Shown here: positions 1 through 8,450 of the stretch, piece after piece
How the letters are laid out: each line of letters opens with the position of its first letter
Numbering within the stretch: the first letter of the stretch is position 1
Notes under the pieces: model-generated
What the model was told of the DNA's origin: nothing
Databases searched by the model: none
What the model saw: only the letters and a program-made list of their open reading frames with translations
Translations under genes and position numbers: made by a program
NCBI GenBank assembly: GCA_964658635.1
Contig: CAZZZP010000004.1
Span: 7,088-71,087, forward strand
Reading direction: 5' to 3'
DNA: 64,000 bases
DNA from: Lichenicola sp.
Lineage (GTDB): Bacteria > Acidobacteriota > Terriglobia > Terriglobales > Acidobacteriaceae

Positions 1-280
1 CTTTATCGTTCACGTCTTCTCCGAAGAAAAGCGCGCCCACTACGGCCTCGAGCGCCTGCGCAAGTCCGCAACCACCATCTCCGTCGCCGAACTCAGCGCA
101 GAACTCAAAGACCTCATCGCCTCCACCCGCAAAAAAACCAGCAAAAGCGCGGCCGAAGACACCCAGGCACCCGCCAAGCCGACGAAGAAAGCCGCCGCAA
201 AGAAAGCCGTAGCCAAGAAAACGCCAGCAAAGAAAACCGCAGCGAAGAAGGCTCCCGCAAAGAAAAAGGCCAAAGCCTAA
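1..280 (+). CDS. rsfS: ribosome silencing factor RsfS, C-terminal part (5' end lies outside the window), with a Lys/Ala-rich tail
   Basis: Frame 2 is open from the window edge and reads FIVHVFSEEKRAHYGLERLRKSATTISVAEL..., which matches the conserved RsfS/iojap C-terminal core. Stop TAA is at 278-280. It is followed by rlmH, as in the conserved rsfS-rlmH pair. The last ~50 aa are AKK/PAKK repeats. Confidence 0.75.
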   Translation, partial: FIVHVFSEEKRAHYGLERLRKSATTISVAELSAELKDLIASTRKKTSKSAAEDTQAPAKPTKKAAAKKAVAKKTPAKKTAAKKAPAKKKAKA

Positions 281-307
281 ACCTTTGCGCAGCGAAGACC
301 GGAACCG

Positions 308-775
308 ATGAAGCTCCTGTTAGCCTCAATCTCGCAGCGCAAAAGCCGTGCCAAGAGCGATCCAGCCGAAGCACTCTTCCGCGACTTCCTCGACCGCTCC
401 GCCCGCTACACCCCGACTGATTCCCAGGTCTTCGACTCAGAAGCCCGCCTGCTGGCGGCCGCCGAACGCCACCAGGCCGGAGGCACAAGCCTGCCCGCCG
501 CCACCCTCATCCTCTTCGACTCCCGTGGCGACCTGCTCACCTCCGAGCAATTCGCCGAACTCCTCGGAAAGCTGCGCGACACCGGCACCCAGCGCGTGCT
601 GCTCGGCATCGGCCCCGCCGACGGCTGGAGCAAAACCGCCCTCACCCGCGCCGACCGAACCCTGTCCTTCGGCCGCATCACCCTACCCCACGAGCTGGCA
701 CGTACCATCCTCGCCGAGCAGACCTACCGCGCCCTCACCATCCTCGCTGGCCACCCCTACCACTCCGGCCATTAA
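308..775 (+). CDS. rlmH: 23S rRNA (pseudouridine1915-N3)-methyltransferase RlmH
   Basis: 155 aa SPOUT-type protein ending ...AEQTYRALTILAGHPYHSGH. It lies directly downstream of rsfS. Confidence 0.9.
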   Translation: MKLLLASISQRKSRAKSDPAEALFRDFLDRSARYTPTDSQVFDSEARLLAAAERHQAGGTSLPAATLILFDSRGDLLTSEQFAELLGKLRDTGTQRVLLGIGPADGWSKTALTRADRTLSFGRITLPHELARTILAEQTYRALTILAGHPYHSGH

Positions 776-827
776 CCTGGAATAGCCCAGGGCATCGCTG
801 CCCCGGGCCAGTCCACACGCCTACAGC

Positions 828-3800
828 CTAGAACAGGAACTTCGCGTTCAGGACCACTGAGCGGGGATTGTTACCGAACGCCTTCTGTGGCTGATTGAAA
901 GCGCTGTTTCCGGCAGTCTGGAAGGCATACGAGGACGTGTAGGAGTTGACGGCCACGCTGTCGATCGACCCCGGAATGTACTGGGCATGATTCAGGATGT
1001 TGAAGACCTGTGCGCTGAAGTTGAAGTTGTAATGGTCAAAGAACGTCAGCTTCTTGGTCGCGGACACGTCCACGTCATTGATCGGGCGGACGGGCAGGGT
1101 GTTGCGCGAGGAGTTCGGCAGCGTTCCTGCACCAGCCTGAATGTAATAAGCATTTGGGTTCACGGCAACATAGCCAACCGTGTTGGCCGCGCACTGGGTA
1201 ACACCTGGCTTGCACAGGTTCGCGAGGTTGGATGCATACTGCGCAGTCACCTTGCTGGATGTGCCTTTCACGCCGGTCGGGTTGATGATGGTGCGGTCGA
1301 TCGCGGCACCGCTATCGCCGTTGAGGTTTGAGTTCACGCCCGACAGCACCGTCGCATATTCAGGTGACTGGTAGGTGTAGATCGGAGCGACCGCCCAGTT
1401 GCCAACCAAGTTCTTCATCAGGAACGAAGAGTGCTTGAAGAAGGGAACGTCGTAGATCACTTCAGCCGTGAAGCGGTGCGTTGCGTCGAGAGCCGAGCGA
1501 CTGTAATCGCACGAAATACACTGCGAATTCTGCGCGCGGCGAGGCGTTAGGACAGTTGCAAAAACCTCCGCCGTTGCATCGTCCATCGTCTTCGACCAGG
1601 TGTAGGAGACGTTCGCTTGGAGACCGTTCTGATACCGCCGCTGCAGGTTGGTAACCAGGCCGTTGTAGTCAGACTGCGAAAACGGTTGATACGACGTGAT
1701 CGGGCTGGTGAACCCAGCCGCCTGCCACGCGGGAACAATCCGCGACAGCGCCTGGATCTGCGCCAGCGTGCTCGCATTTGGAGCGGCACTCACCGTCGTA
1801 GGACCGGTAAGGACCGTCGTCAACTGGTTCGCTGTCGTGACCCTCGGTTGAACATTGATCTGATCCTGAGTGGCCAGATGAATACCGCGCGTCCCAACAT
1901 AACCAACCTCCGCCGTATAGGCCGAACCGATGGTCCGCTGAACCGTAAGCGTGTAGGTCTCTGCGTATGGCAGCACCTGGTCCGGCACCGTCGCCGAAGT
2001 TGCCGCACGCTGCTTCGCAACGCTCGAGAAAGTCGCAACCCCGGTGCCGCCGCTCGGCAGACCGCCGCCTGCGAGGAAGCCGGCTTGCCCAGCGGCTGGC
2101 TGCCCAATATCACCAACGCTATTGGTGGAACTGTACTGCGGTGGGAACGTGAGCAGGCCAAGATTATCGAACAGCACGTCATACGCTATCCCATAACCGG
2201 CACGAATCGAGGTCTTCGAGTCAGGCGCCCAATTGACGCCGATACGAGGCGCGAAGTTCTTCTTCTGGGGCTGCGGCACCTTGAACGTGACCAGTCCGGG
2301 GACGGACGCAGCAGCATTGAGAACTTGAGCACGCTCGCCTGTAGGAATCGAGGTGAACTCATAACGAAGGCCCGCGTTGAGCGTCAGCGTCGGAGTCGCC
2401 CGCCACGTATCGTTTGCGTAGCCGTACAGCGCGGTCTGATCGCCGTAGTAAATTACGTTACCCGTCGAGCGCTGACCAAACGCGGTCGGCGCCACGTCAT
2501 GCAGGTACTCCGATAGATAATTCCACTGGTAGTCACCACGCACCCGCTGGGTGAAGGTCTGCGGAGCAATGTACTTGCGCCCATCGAAGCCGACCTTCAT
2601 CGTGTGCTTGCCATGAACGTAGCTGACGTTGTCCGTCACCTGGTAGAGATTCTGAATACCAGATTGCGGAGCGTTGCCATCCGGACCCAGGTTCAGGGAG
2701 TTCTGATCCTTCACAAACGTAAGGTTCGGAAACTGGCTGATGCCCGGGAACTGCTGCGGGCCAACCGGGGTGGCACTGGCGTTACGGTTGTATCCAAGCC
2801 GAATCTCATTCGTAAGGTTGGACGTGAACGTATGAAACTCGCTCGCCGAAAAAAGATGCCACTTATTCGGCAGCGCCAGCCAGAAGACCGGCAGAGTGGC
2901 GGCAGTATCCTGCGATGCAAGATTGTTATAAAGGTAGCGAACGCGCACACTGTCCTTGCTCGTCAGCGTGTAGTCCACACCCGTCGTGATATCCCAGAAG
3001 TTCGAGAAGCTCGGCGCCTTGATGGGATAGTTCCCCATGGGTATTGCCGTGCTTGCCCCCGAGGTGAAGTCGCCAGCCGCGTCCACTGCTGCACTCGAAT
3101 AGACCGAGAGGGTCTGCGGTCCGGTCTTCTGATTGAAGCAGGCGCCATCGTTCGCGTCCGTTACCTGGGCAGATGAAGCAGGCATGTACTGCTCGTACAC
3201 CGCAAGGTTGTTTGCCGAGAAGTTGTACGTGGAGGCAAGCGCCTTCAACGTAGCGAGCCCATCCGCGGTCGGCGTGCAAAGAACACCCGAGGCTCCCGCC
3301 GAGCCGATGCTGTTCCGCTCATAGTTGCCGAAGAAGAACAACTTGTCGTGAAGGATCGGACCGCCAAGTTGGCCACCATACCGGTTGTTGTCGTAACGGG
3401 TGTTCGACTGTTTCTGCCCTGCGGTGCCAAGCGCCGCGTTCAAATTCCGGTTCTGAAAATACTCGTAGACCGCACCATGGAAGTGATTCGTTCCGGACTG
3501 CACGTTGGTGTTGAACTGACCGCCAGAGGAATGACCAAACTCCGGCGAGAACTGGTTCGTGATAAGCGTAAACTCGCCCGTCGCATCCGACGGCAAGTAC
3601 ACCAGCGGACCGGTGACGCTCTTGCTGTTGTTGTCGATCCCTTCGATCGTGAAGTTATTGTTGCGCGGACGCTGCCCGCCAACCGACGGACCCGTTCCAA
3701 TACCGATTCCGCCGCCGGCCGCAACGCCCGGGCTCAACAGGGACGCATTAAGAACGCCGTACGTCCCGGACTGCGTCGTTGGCAGCGTGGTCAGCTCTTC

Positions 3801-4217
3801 CGCTGAAAAGGTCTGAGAGAGGTTCGTGCTCGTCGTGTCCAGAACCACGCCCGACTCGGCAATCACCTCAGTCGACTGCGCCGTGCCAACCGCGAGTGCA
3901 ATTTGCGTCGTCGAGGTCTTGTTCAGCTCGACCAAAACCCCCTTCAGCTCATAAGCCTGAAACCCGGGAGCAGTAACCTGAATATCGTAATTCGCGGGAA
4001 GCAGGTTGCTCGCCCGGAACTCGCCGCTTGCGGTGACGTCCACCTTGACGGCAACGCCAGTTGACTCACTTGTGACTGTAATCACGGCGTTGTTGATCGC
4101 TGCTCCGGAAGAGTCCCGAACAGTACCAACAAGGTCTCCGCTCGTCGCCTGCGATAATGCCGAAGCGGCCGCGAACGTAAGAGCAAAGGCAGGAATAAGC
4201 GTGCTGGAAAAGCGCAT
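828..4217 (-). CDS. TonB-dependent receptor-like outer-membrane protein with N-terminal carboxypeptidase-regulatory-like domain
   Basis: 1129 aa with a signal peptide (...AASALSQA). The N-terminus has a GTVRDSSGAAINNAVITVTSE-type Ig-like domain, followed by a long beta-barrel-like Gly/Asn/Tyr-rich body ending in a terminal aromatic residue (...NAKFLF). GGAGG lies 8 nt upstream of the ATG. Confidence 0.85.
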   Translation of the reverse strand: MRFSSTLIPAFALTFAAASALSQATSGDLVGTVRDSSGAAINNAVITVTSESTGVAVKVDVTASGEFRASNLLPANYDIQVTAPGFQAYELKGVLVELNKTSTTQIALAVGTAQSTEVIAESGVVLDTTSTNLSQTFSAEELTTLPTTQSGTYGVLNASLLSPGVAAGGGIGIGTGPSVGGQRPRNNNFTIEGIDNNSKSVTGPLVYLPSDATGEFTLITNQFSPEFGHSSGGQFNTNVQSGTNHFHGAVYEYFQNRNLNAALGTAGQKQSNTRYDNNRYGGQLGGPILHDKLFFFGNYERNSIGSAGASGVLCTPTADGLATLKALASTYNFSANNLAVYEQYMPASSAQVTDANDGACFNQKTGPQTLSVYSSAAVDAAGDFTSGASTAIPMGNYPIKAPSFSNFWDITTGVDYTLTSKDSVRVRYLYNNLASQDTAATLPVFWLALPNKWHLFSASEFHTFTSNLTNEIRLGYNRNASATPVGPQQFPGISQFPNLTFVKDQNSLNLGPDGNAPQSGIQNLYQVTDNVSYVHGKHTMKVGFDGRKYIAPQTFTQRVRGDYQWNYLSEYLHDVAPTAFGQRSTGNVIYYGDQTALYGYANDTWRATPTLTLNAGLRYEFTSIPTGERAQVLNAAASVPGLVTFKVPQPQKKNFAPRIGVNWAPDSKTSIRAGYGIAYDVLFDNLGLLTFPPQYSSTNSVGDIGQPAAGQAGFLAGGGLPSGGTGVATFSSVAKQRAATSATVPDQVLPYAETYTLTVQRTIGSAYTAEVGYVGTRGIHLATQDQINVQPRVTTANQLTTVLTGPTTVSAAPNASTLAQIQALSRIVPAWQAAGFTSPITSYQPFSQSDYNGLVTNLQRRYQNGLQANVSYTWSKTMDDATAEVFATVLTPRRAQNSQCISCDYSRSALDATHRFTAEVIYDVPFFKHSSFLMKNLVGNWAVAPIYTYQSPEYATVLSGVNSNLNGDSGAAIDRTIINPTGVKGTSSKVTAQYASNLANLCKPGVTQCAANTVGYVAVNPNAYYIQAGAGTLPNSSRNTLPVRPINDVDVSATKKLTFFDHYNFNFSAQVFNILNHAQYIPGSIDSVAVNSYTSSYAFQTAGNSAFNQPQKAFGNNPRSVVLNAKFLF

Positions 4218-4521
4218 TCAGTGTGCCTCCAAGGCAAAAGCGGGTTGCCGTCTCAGGAGTAGCTCCCGGGAGCGGTCACGTATAAACTTTTCGTATATCA
4301 GTGACTGAGCACGTTGAGAGCCAAACAACGAAAGCTGAGTTTTAGCCGGAAATTCGCAGAACAATCACAAAGGATTGTGTTACGACTCGAGTTTTCTATG
4401 GATTTTTGTAGCGGGGAACGTGGCGTCCCATATTTCCCATCGCAGCCGCCGCCCATGCTCCCCCAGGCAAATCGCCTTCAAGGCCGGTTACAATCAGGGT
4501 GGTAGCGAGGTTTTCCCACGT

Positions 4522-5397
4522 ATGAGTTGGTTCAAGCGCGAACCCAGCAAGATCGTCATTGACTCCGCTAAAACCGTCAAGACCGAAGGCCTCTGGACCA
4601 AGTGCGCCGCATGCGGCAGCATCAACTTCAAGGCCGACGTCGAGGCCAACCTCCAGGTCTGCCCCAAATGCGGACGCCACTTCCGCTTCGACGCCCGTTC
4701 CCGCATCCAGAACCTGCTCGAACCCGGCTACCAGCTCGTCGACCTCGAACTCCGCTCCACAGACCCGCTCAACTTCACCGACCTCAAACCCTACAAAAAA
4801 CGCCTCGCCGAAGCCCAGAAGAAAACCGGCCTCAACGACGCCATCGTCAACGCCATCGGACACATCGGCCCCCAGCCCGTCGTCCTCTCCGTCATGGAGT
4901 ACAGCTTCATCGGTGGATCCATGGGAGCCGTCGTCGGCGAAACCATCGCACGCGCCGTCGACCGCGCCTACGACACCCGCAGCCCGCTCATCATCGTCTC
5001 CGCCTCCGGCGGCGCGCGCATGATGGAAGGCATCGCCTCGCTCATGCAGCTCGCCAAGATCTCCGCCGCGCTCGCCCGCCTCTCCGAAGCGAAGATCCCC
5101 TACATCTCGCTCATGACCGACCCCACCACCGGCGGAGTCACCGCAAGCTTCGCCATGCTCGGCGACCTCAACATCGCAGAGCCCGGCGCCCTCATCGGCT
5201 TTGCCGGCCCGCGCGTCATCGAGCAGACCATCCGCCAGAAGCTCCCCGAGGGCTTCCAGCGCTCCGAGTTCCTGCTCACACACGGCTTCCTTGACGCTAT
5301 CGTCGAACGGAAGGACATCAAGTCCTACCTCGCCAACGCTCTCGCCTGGATGACTGCAGGCGAGCCCAAAGCCGAAGCGACCGCCGTTACCACCTAG
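4522..5397 (+). CDS. accD: acetyl-CoA carboxylase carboxyltransferase subunit beta
   Basis: The ORF spans 4375..5397, and I chose the start at ATG 4522 (MSWFKREP...). It has an N-terminal 4-Cys zinc ribbon (CAACGS...CPKCGRH) and carboxyltransferase motifs (FIGGSMGAVVGE, SGGARMMEG). Confidence 0.93.
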   Translation: MSWFKREPSKIVIDSAKTVKTEGLWTKCAACGSINFKADVEANLQVCPKCGRHFRFDARSRIQNLLEPGYQLVDLELRSTDPLNFTDLKPYKKRLAEAQKKTGLNDAIVNAIGHIGPQPVVLSVMEYSFIGGSMGAVVGETIARAVDRAYDTRSPLIIVSASGGARMMEGIASLMQLAKISAALARLSEAKIPYISLMTDPTTGGVTASFAMLGDLNIAEPGALIGFAGPRVIEQTIRQKLPEGFQRSEFLLTHGFLDAIVERKDIKSYLANALAWMTAGEPKAEATAVTT

Positions 5398-5450
5398 CTC
5401 TTGCTCCTTCTTCGCATCCAAACCGCCAGGGGCAACACCCCCGGGAGGAT

Positions 5451-6605
5451 TTGATGGCTGAAGTACGCACAAACAGCACGGAGTACCTGCGCTACACCCC
5501 CAAAGTCGAAAAACCGGCGCCCGACGAGCACGTCATCTTCGACGAGCTCTCCCGCACCATGCAGCACATCACCCGCTCCATGGCCGAGCGCTACCGGCAC
5601 GCCTACCGCCCGGTCCACGCGAAATCCCACGGCGTCCTCGTCGGCACCCTGACGTCATTCCCCGGCCTCCCCGAGCACCTCGCCCAGGGCCTCTTCGCCT
5701 CAACTGAAACGCATCCCGTCATCCTGCGCTTCTCCACCAACCCCGGCGATCTCCTCGCCGACAACGTCTCGAGCCCCCGCGCCCTCGCCCTCAAAGTCCT
5801 CAACGTAGACGGTGACAAGGTTCCCAACCACACCGGCAACACCACGCAGGACTTCGTCTGCGTCAACTCAGAAGTCTTCTCCGCGCCCGACCCTGCAGGC
5901 TTCCTCGAGCAGATCAAGACCTTCGACAAGACCCTCCACCTCCCCGAAGGCGTCAAGCACGTCGTCTCCGTCGCCGCACGTGGAGCCAACGCGGCACTCT
6001 CAGCCGTAGGCGCGAAATCCGCAACCCTCAGCGGAATCGGCCAGCCCGCCACCCATATCCTCGGCGAAACCTTCACCACCGTCGCGCCGCTCCGCTTCGG
6101 CAACTACATCGCCAAGCTCGCCATCGCCCCTGGCTCCGACAACCTCAAGAAGCTCATCGGCGAAGGCATCAGCCTCGAGTCCGACTACAACGCACTCGAG
6201 CTCCTCATCAAGAAGTTCTTCCGTCATGAGATCGCCGTCTGGGACGTCAAGGTGCAGCTCGCCCTCGCCGAAGACCCGGCCCTCGACGAGAAAGACAAGC
6301 TCTTCCCCATTGAGAAGGCAGACACCCAGTGGCCCTCAGAGTCGGAGCATGACAAGCCGGCAAGCCCCTGGCAGACCGTCGCTCAAATCACCGTCCAGCC
6401 CCAGGACTCTTACTCGGACGCACGTCAGCTCTTCGTCGACGAGCAGCTGTCCTTCTCGCCCTGGCACGCCCTCGCCGCACACCAGCCTCTCGGCGGCGTC
6501 ATGCGCTCACGCCTCAAAGCCTACGAAGAAGCCCGCAAGTACCGCGCCCAACGCAACGCCCGCGAGATCGTCGAGCCCACCAGCATCGACCAGGTTCCCG
6601 CCTAA
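5451..6605 (+). CDS. catalase-family (catalase-related haem) protein
   Basis: 384 aa with an RPVHAKSHGVLVG motif resembling the catalase distal His region. Its size and layout fit small catalase-related proteins rather than a full catalase. Codon usage matches neighbouring + strand genes. Confidence 0.7.
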   Translation: MMAEVRTNSTEYLRYTPKVEKPAPDEHVIFDELSRTMQHITRSMAERYRHAYRPVHAKSHGVLVGTLTSFPGLPEHLAQGLFASTETHPVILRFSTNPGDLLADNVSSPRALALKVLNVDGDKVPNHTGNTTQDFVCVNSEVFSAPDPAGFLEQIKTFDKTLHLPEGVKHVVSVAARGANAALSAVGAKSATLSGIGQPATHILGETFTTVAPLRFGNYIAKLAIAPGSDNLKKLIGEGISLESDYNALELLIKKFFRHEIAVWDVKVQLALAEDPALDEKDKLFPIEKADTQWPSESEHDKPASPWQTVAQITVQPQDSYSDARQLFVDEQLSFSPWHALAAHQPLGGVMRSRLKAYEEARKYRAQRNAREIVEPTSIDQVPA

Positions 6606-6649
6606 AACCACAAAGCGGGGGAGCAGCCTCACAGCCGCTCCCCACTCCT

Positions 6650-8311
6650 CTACTTGCCTGCTTCCGTGCTGCGGATAAAGCTTGCAACATCGTCATGCAG
6701 CTGCTTGAGCACATCCGCGTTCACGTACACCATGTGTCCCGCGGGATAGTACTTGTAGCTGATATTCGACTGCAGCTTCTGCGGGATCTGCAGGTGCCGC
6801 ATCTCGTACTTGCCCTCGAAATACGGCGTCGCCAGGTCGTAATAACCGCCCGCCAGCAACACCTTCATCTTCGGGTTCGTCTTCATCGAGAACGCAAGGT
6901 CCGGCATCACGTTCAGCCCACTGCCATCCACCTGTGCACCCGGCGGCGTGTGCTTCATATCCCAGGTAAATGTTGGATCCACATATGCACCCGGCTTGTA
7001 TGTCCAGTCACGGCCATACTTCAAGTCCGTCCGCATGTAGTCATTGATCGCCGACGTATAGGCCGAGGAGATAGCCTGCGACTGCGGATCGTACTCCGCC
7101 TCCTCCGACAACCGATCAAGGTCCGGCCCCTTGTAGCGCGAATCGAGCCGGCCCGTCGTCACCCCTTCAGACTCCTGCAACTCCTTCGAGAACATCCCGC
7201 CCGTCACCCGCAGATTCGCCTTCAGGATGTAGTCCGTCGGCAGCCCGGTATACCCGTGTAGCTTCTCCGCAATCGCAGTCTTCTGCGCATCCGGCAAAGC
7301 CGCTCCGGCCAGCAGCGCAGATTCGTACTCACCCATCGCAAAGTTCTCCACCTCGGTCAGAAAAGGCTCCAGCGCAGCCGGCTGCTGCGGCAGCTTGTGA
7401 TGGAAATAAGCACTCGCCGCGAATGTCGGAAGCCCGACCGCATAAGCCTGGTCCACACCCGGGTTCGCCTTCGGCCCATCGATCGAGTTATCGAAACTCA
7501 AAATCGCCGAAAGCAGCACAATCCCGTTCAAATCCACATTCTGCAGGTCCGCGCTCAACACCGCCGACCGCGGCGTGCCATAACTCTCGCCGAACAGATA
7601 CTTGGGCGAGTTCCAGCGATCGTACTTCGTCAGAAAACGCCGAATGAACCTCTCGAATGCATGCGCATCCTGGTCCACACCCCAGAATGCCTTCTCGCGA
7701 TCCTTGCCGAAGATCCGGCTGAACCCAGTGCCCGGGGCATCGATAAAGACCAGGTCCGTCACATCCAGCAGGCTCTCCGGATTGTCGATAATCGTGTACG
7801 GCGCAGCCATCTGGTGCTCCGTATCGGGCGTCACCACGCGCTTCGGACCGAACGAACCCATGTGCAGCCACATCGTCGCCGAACCCGGCCCGCCGTTATA
7901 GAGAAACATCACCGGCCGCGTCCCGGGAGCCGCATCCTTCTTGATGTAAGCCGTGTAAAACATCCGCGCCGTCGCGGGCCACTCCTCGGGCTTCGCCTGG
8001 TCCAGCGGGTTCATCCCCGAGTCCGGCAACAGCTTGCCATCCATCCCCAGCATCGCGTCGAAAGTGTCGCTGTACCCCACCGTAATCGTGCCCGCGACCG
8101 CCTTGTACGCAATCGTCTGCCCACCCACGGCAAGCGTATGCTCCGTGATCGAGTCAGGCGGAGCAGCCTGTGCCTTTACCTCCGGCTTGCCCTCGACCAC
8201 TACCTTCTCGTCCTTCGCCTTCGCCGCATCGGCCTTGCCCGACTGCTGCGCTCCCGCTGCGGCACATGCCGCACCCAACACCATCCAGCTCAAAATCTGC
8301 TTCGCCTGCAT
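6650..8311 (-). CDS. peptidase S10 family serine carboxypeptidase (secreted)
   Basis: The ORF spans 6650..8383, and I chose the start at ATG 8311 (MQAKQILSWMVLGAACAAAGAQQ signal peptide). S10 motifs are present: YNGGPGSATMWLHMG and the GESYG nucleophile elbow. Confidence 0.85.
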   Translation of the reverse strand: MQAKQILSWMVLGAACAAAGAQQSGKADAAKAKDEKVVVEGKPEVKAQAAPPDSITEHTLAVGGQTIAYKAVAGTITVGYSDTFDAMLGMDGKLLPDSGMNPLDQAKPEEWPATARMFYTAYIKKDAAPGTRPVMFLYNGGPGSATMWLHMGSFGPKRVVTPDTEHQMAAPYTIIDNPESLLDVTDLVFIDAPGTGFSRIFGKDREKAFWGVDQDAHAFERFIRRFLTKYDRWNSPKYLFGESYGTPRSAVLSADLQNVDLNGIVLLSAILSFDNSIDGPKANPGVDQAYAVGLPTFAASAYFHHKLPQQPAALEPFLTEVENFAMGEYESALLAGAALPDAQKTAIAEKLHGYTGLPTDYILKANLRVTGGMFSKELQESEGVTTGRLDSRYKGPDLDRLSEEAEYDPQSQAISSAYTSAINDYMRTDLKYGRDWTYKPGAYVDPTFTWDMKHTPPGAQVDGSGLNVMPDLAFSMKTNPKMKVLLAGGYYDLATPYFEGKYEMRHLQIPQKLQSNISYKYYPAGHMVYVNADVLKQLHDDVASFIRSTEAGK

Positions 8312-8450
8312 GCAACCGCCTTGTAACCGTATTGGCGTCAGTATAGCTCTGCGTTCCTCCCTGCTACGCAAACGGACGAGCATTGTTCCCTCCTGACGCA
8401 GGAAGGCCGGCGAGTCTTCCCACGCCGGCCCACTTTCCCTCCTTCAGTCC

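Noticed and set aside
4396-5472. 358-aa ORF on the - strand covering all of accD
   Set aside because: It is an antisense shadow ORF. It is Gly/Asp/Glu/Val/Ala-rich with low complexity and no motifs. It arises because the accD strand is so C-rich at third positions that the complement lacks stop codons.
6618-6643. GGGGAGC...GCTCCCC hairpin between the convergent catalase-family and S10 peptidase genes
   Set aside because: The stem is only 7 bp with a 12-nt loop and no flanking T or A tract. That is too weak to report as a terminator.
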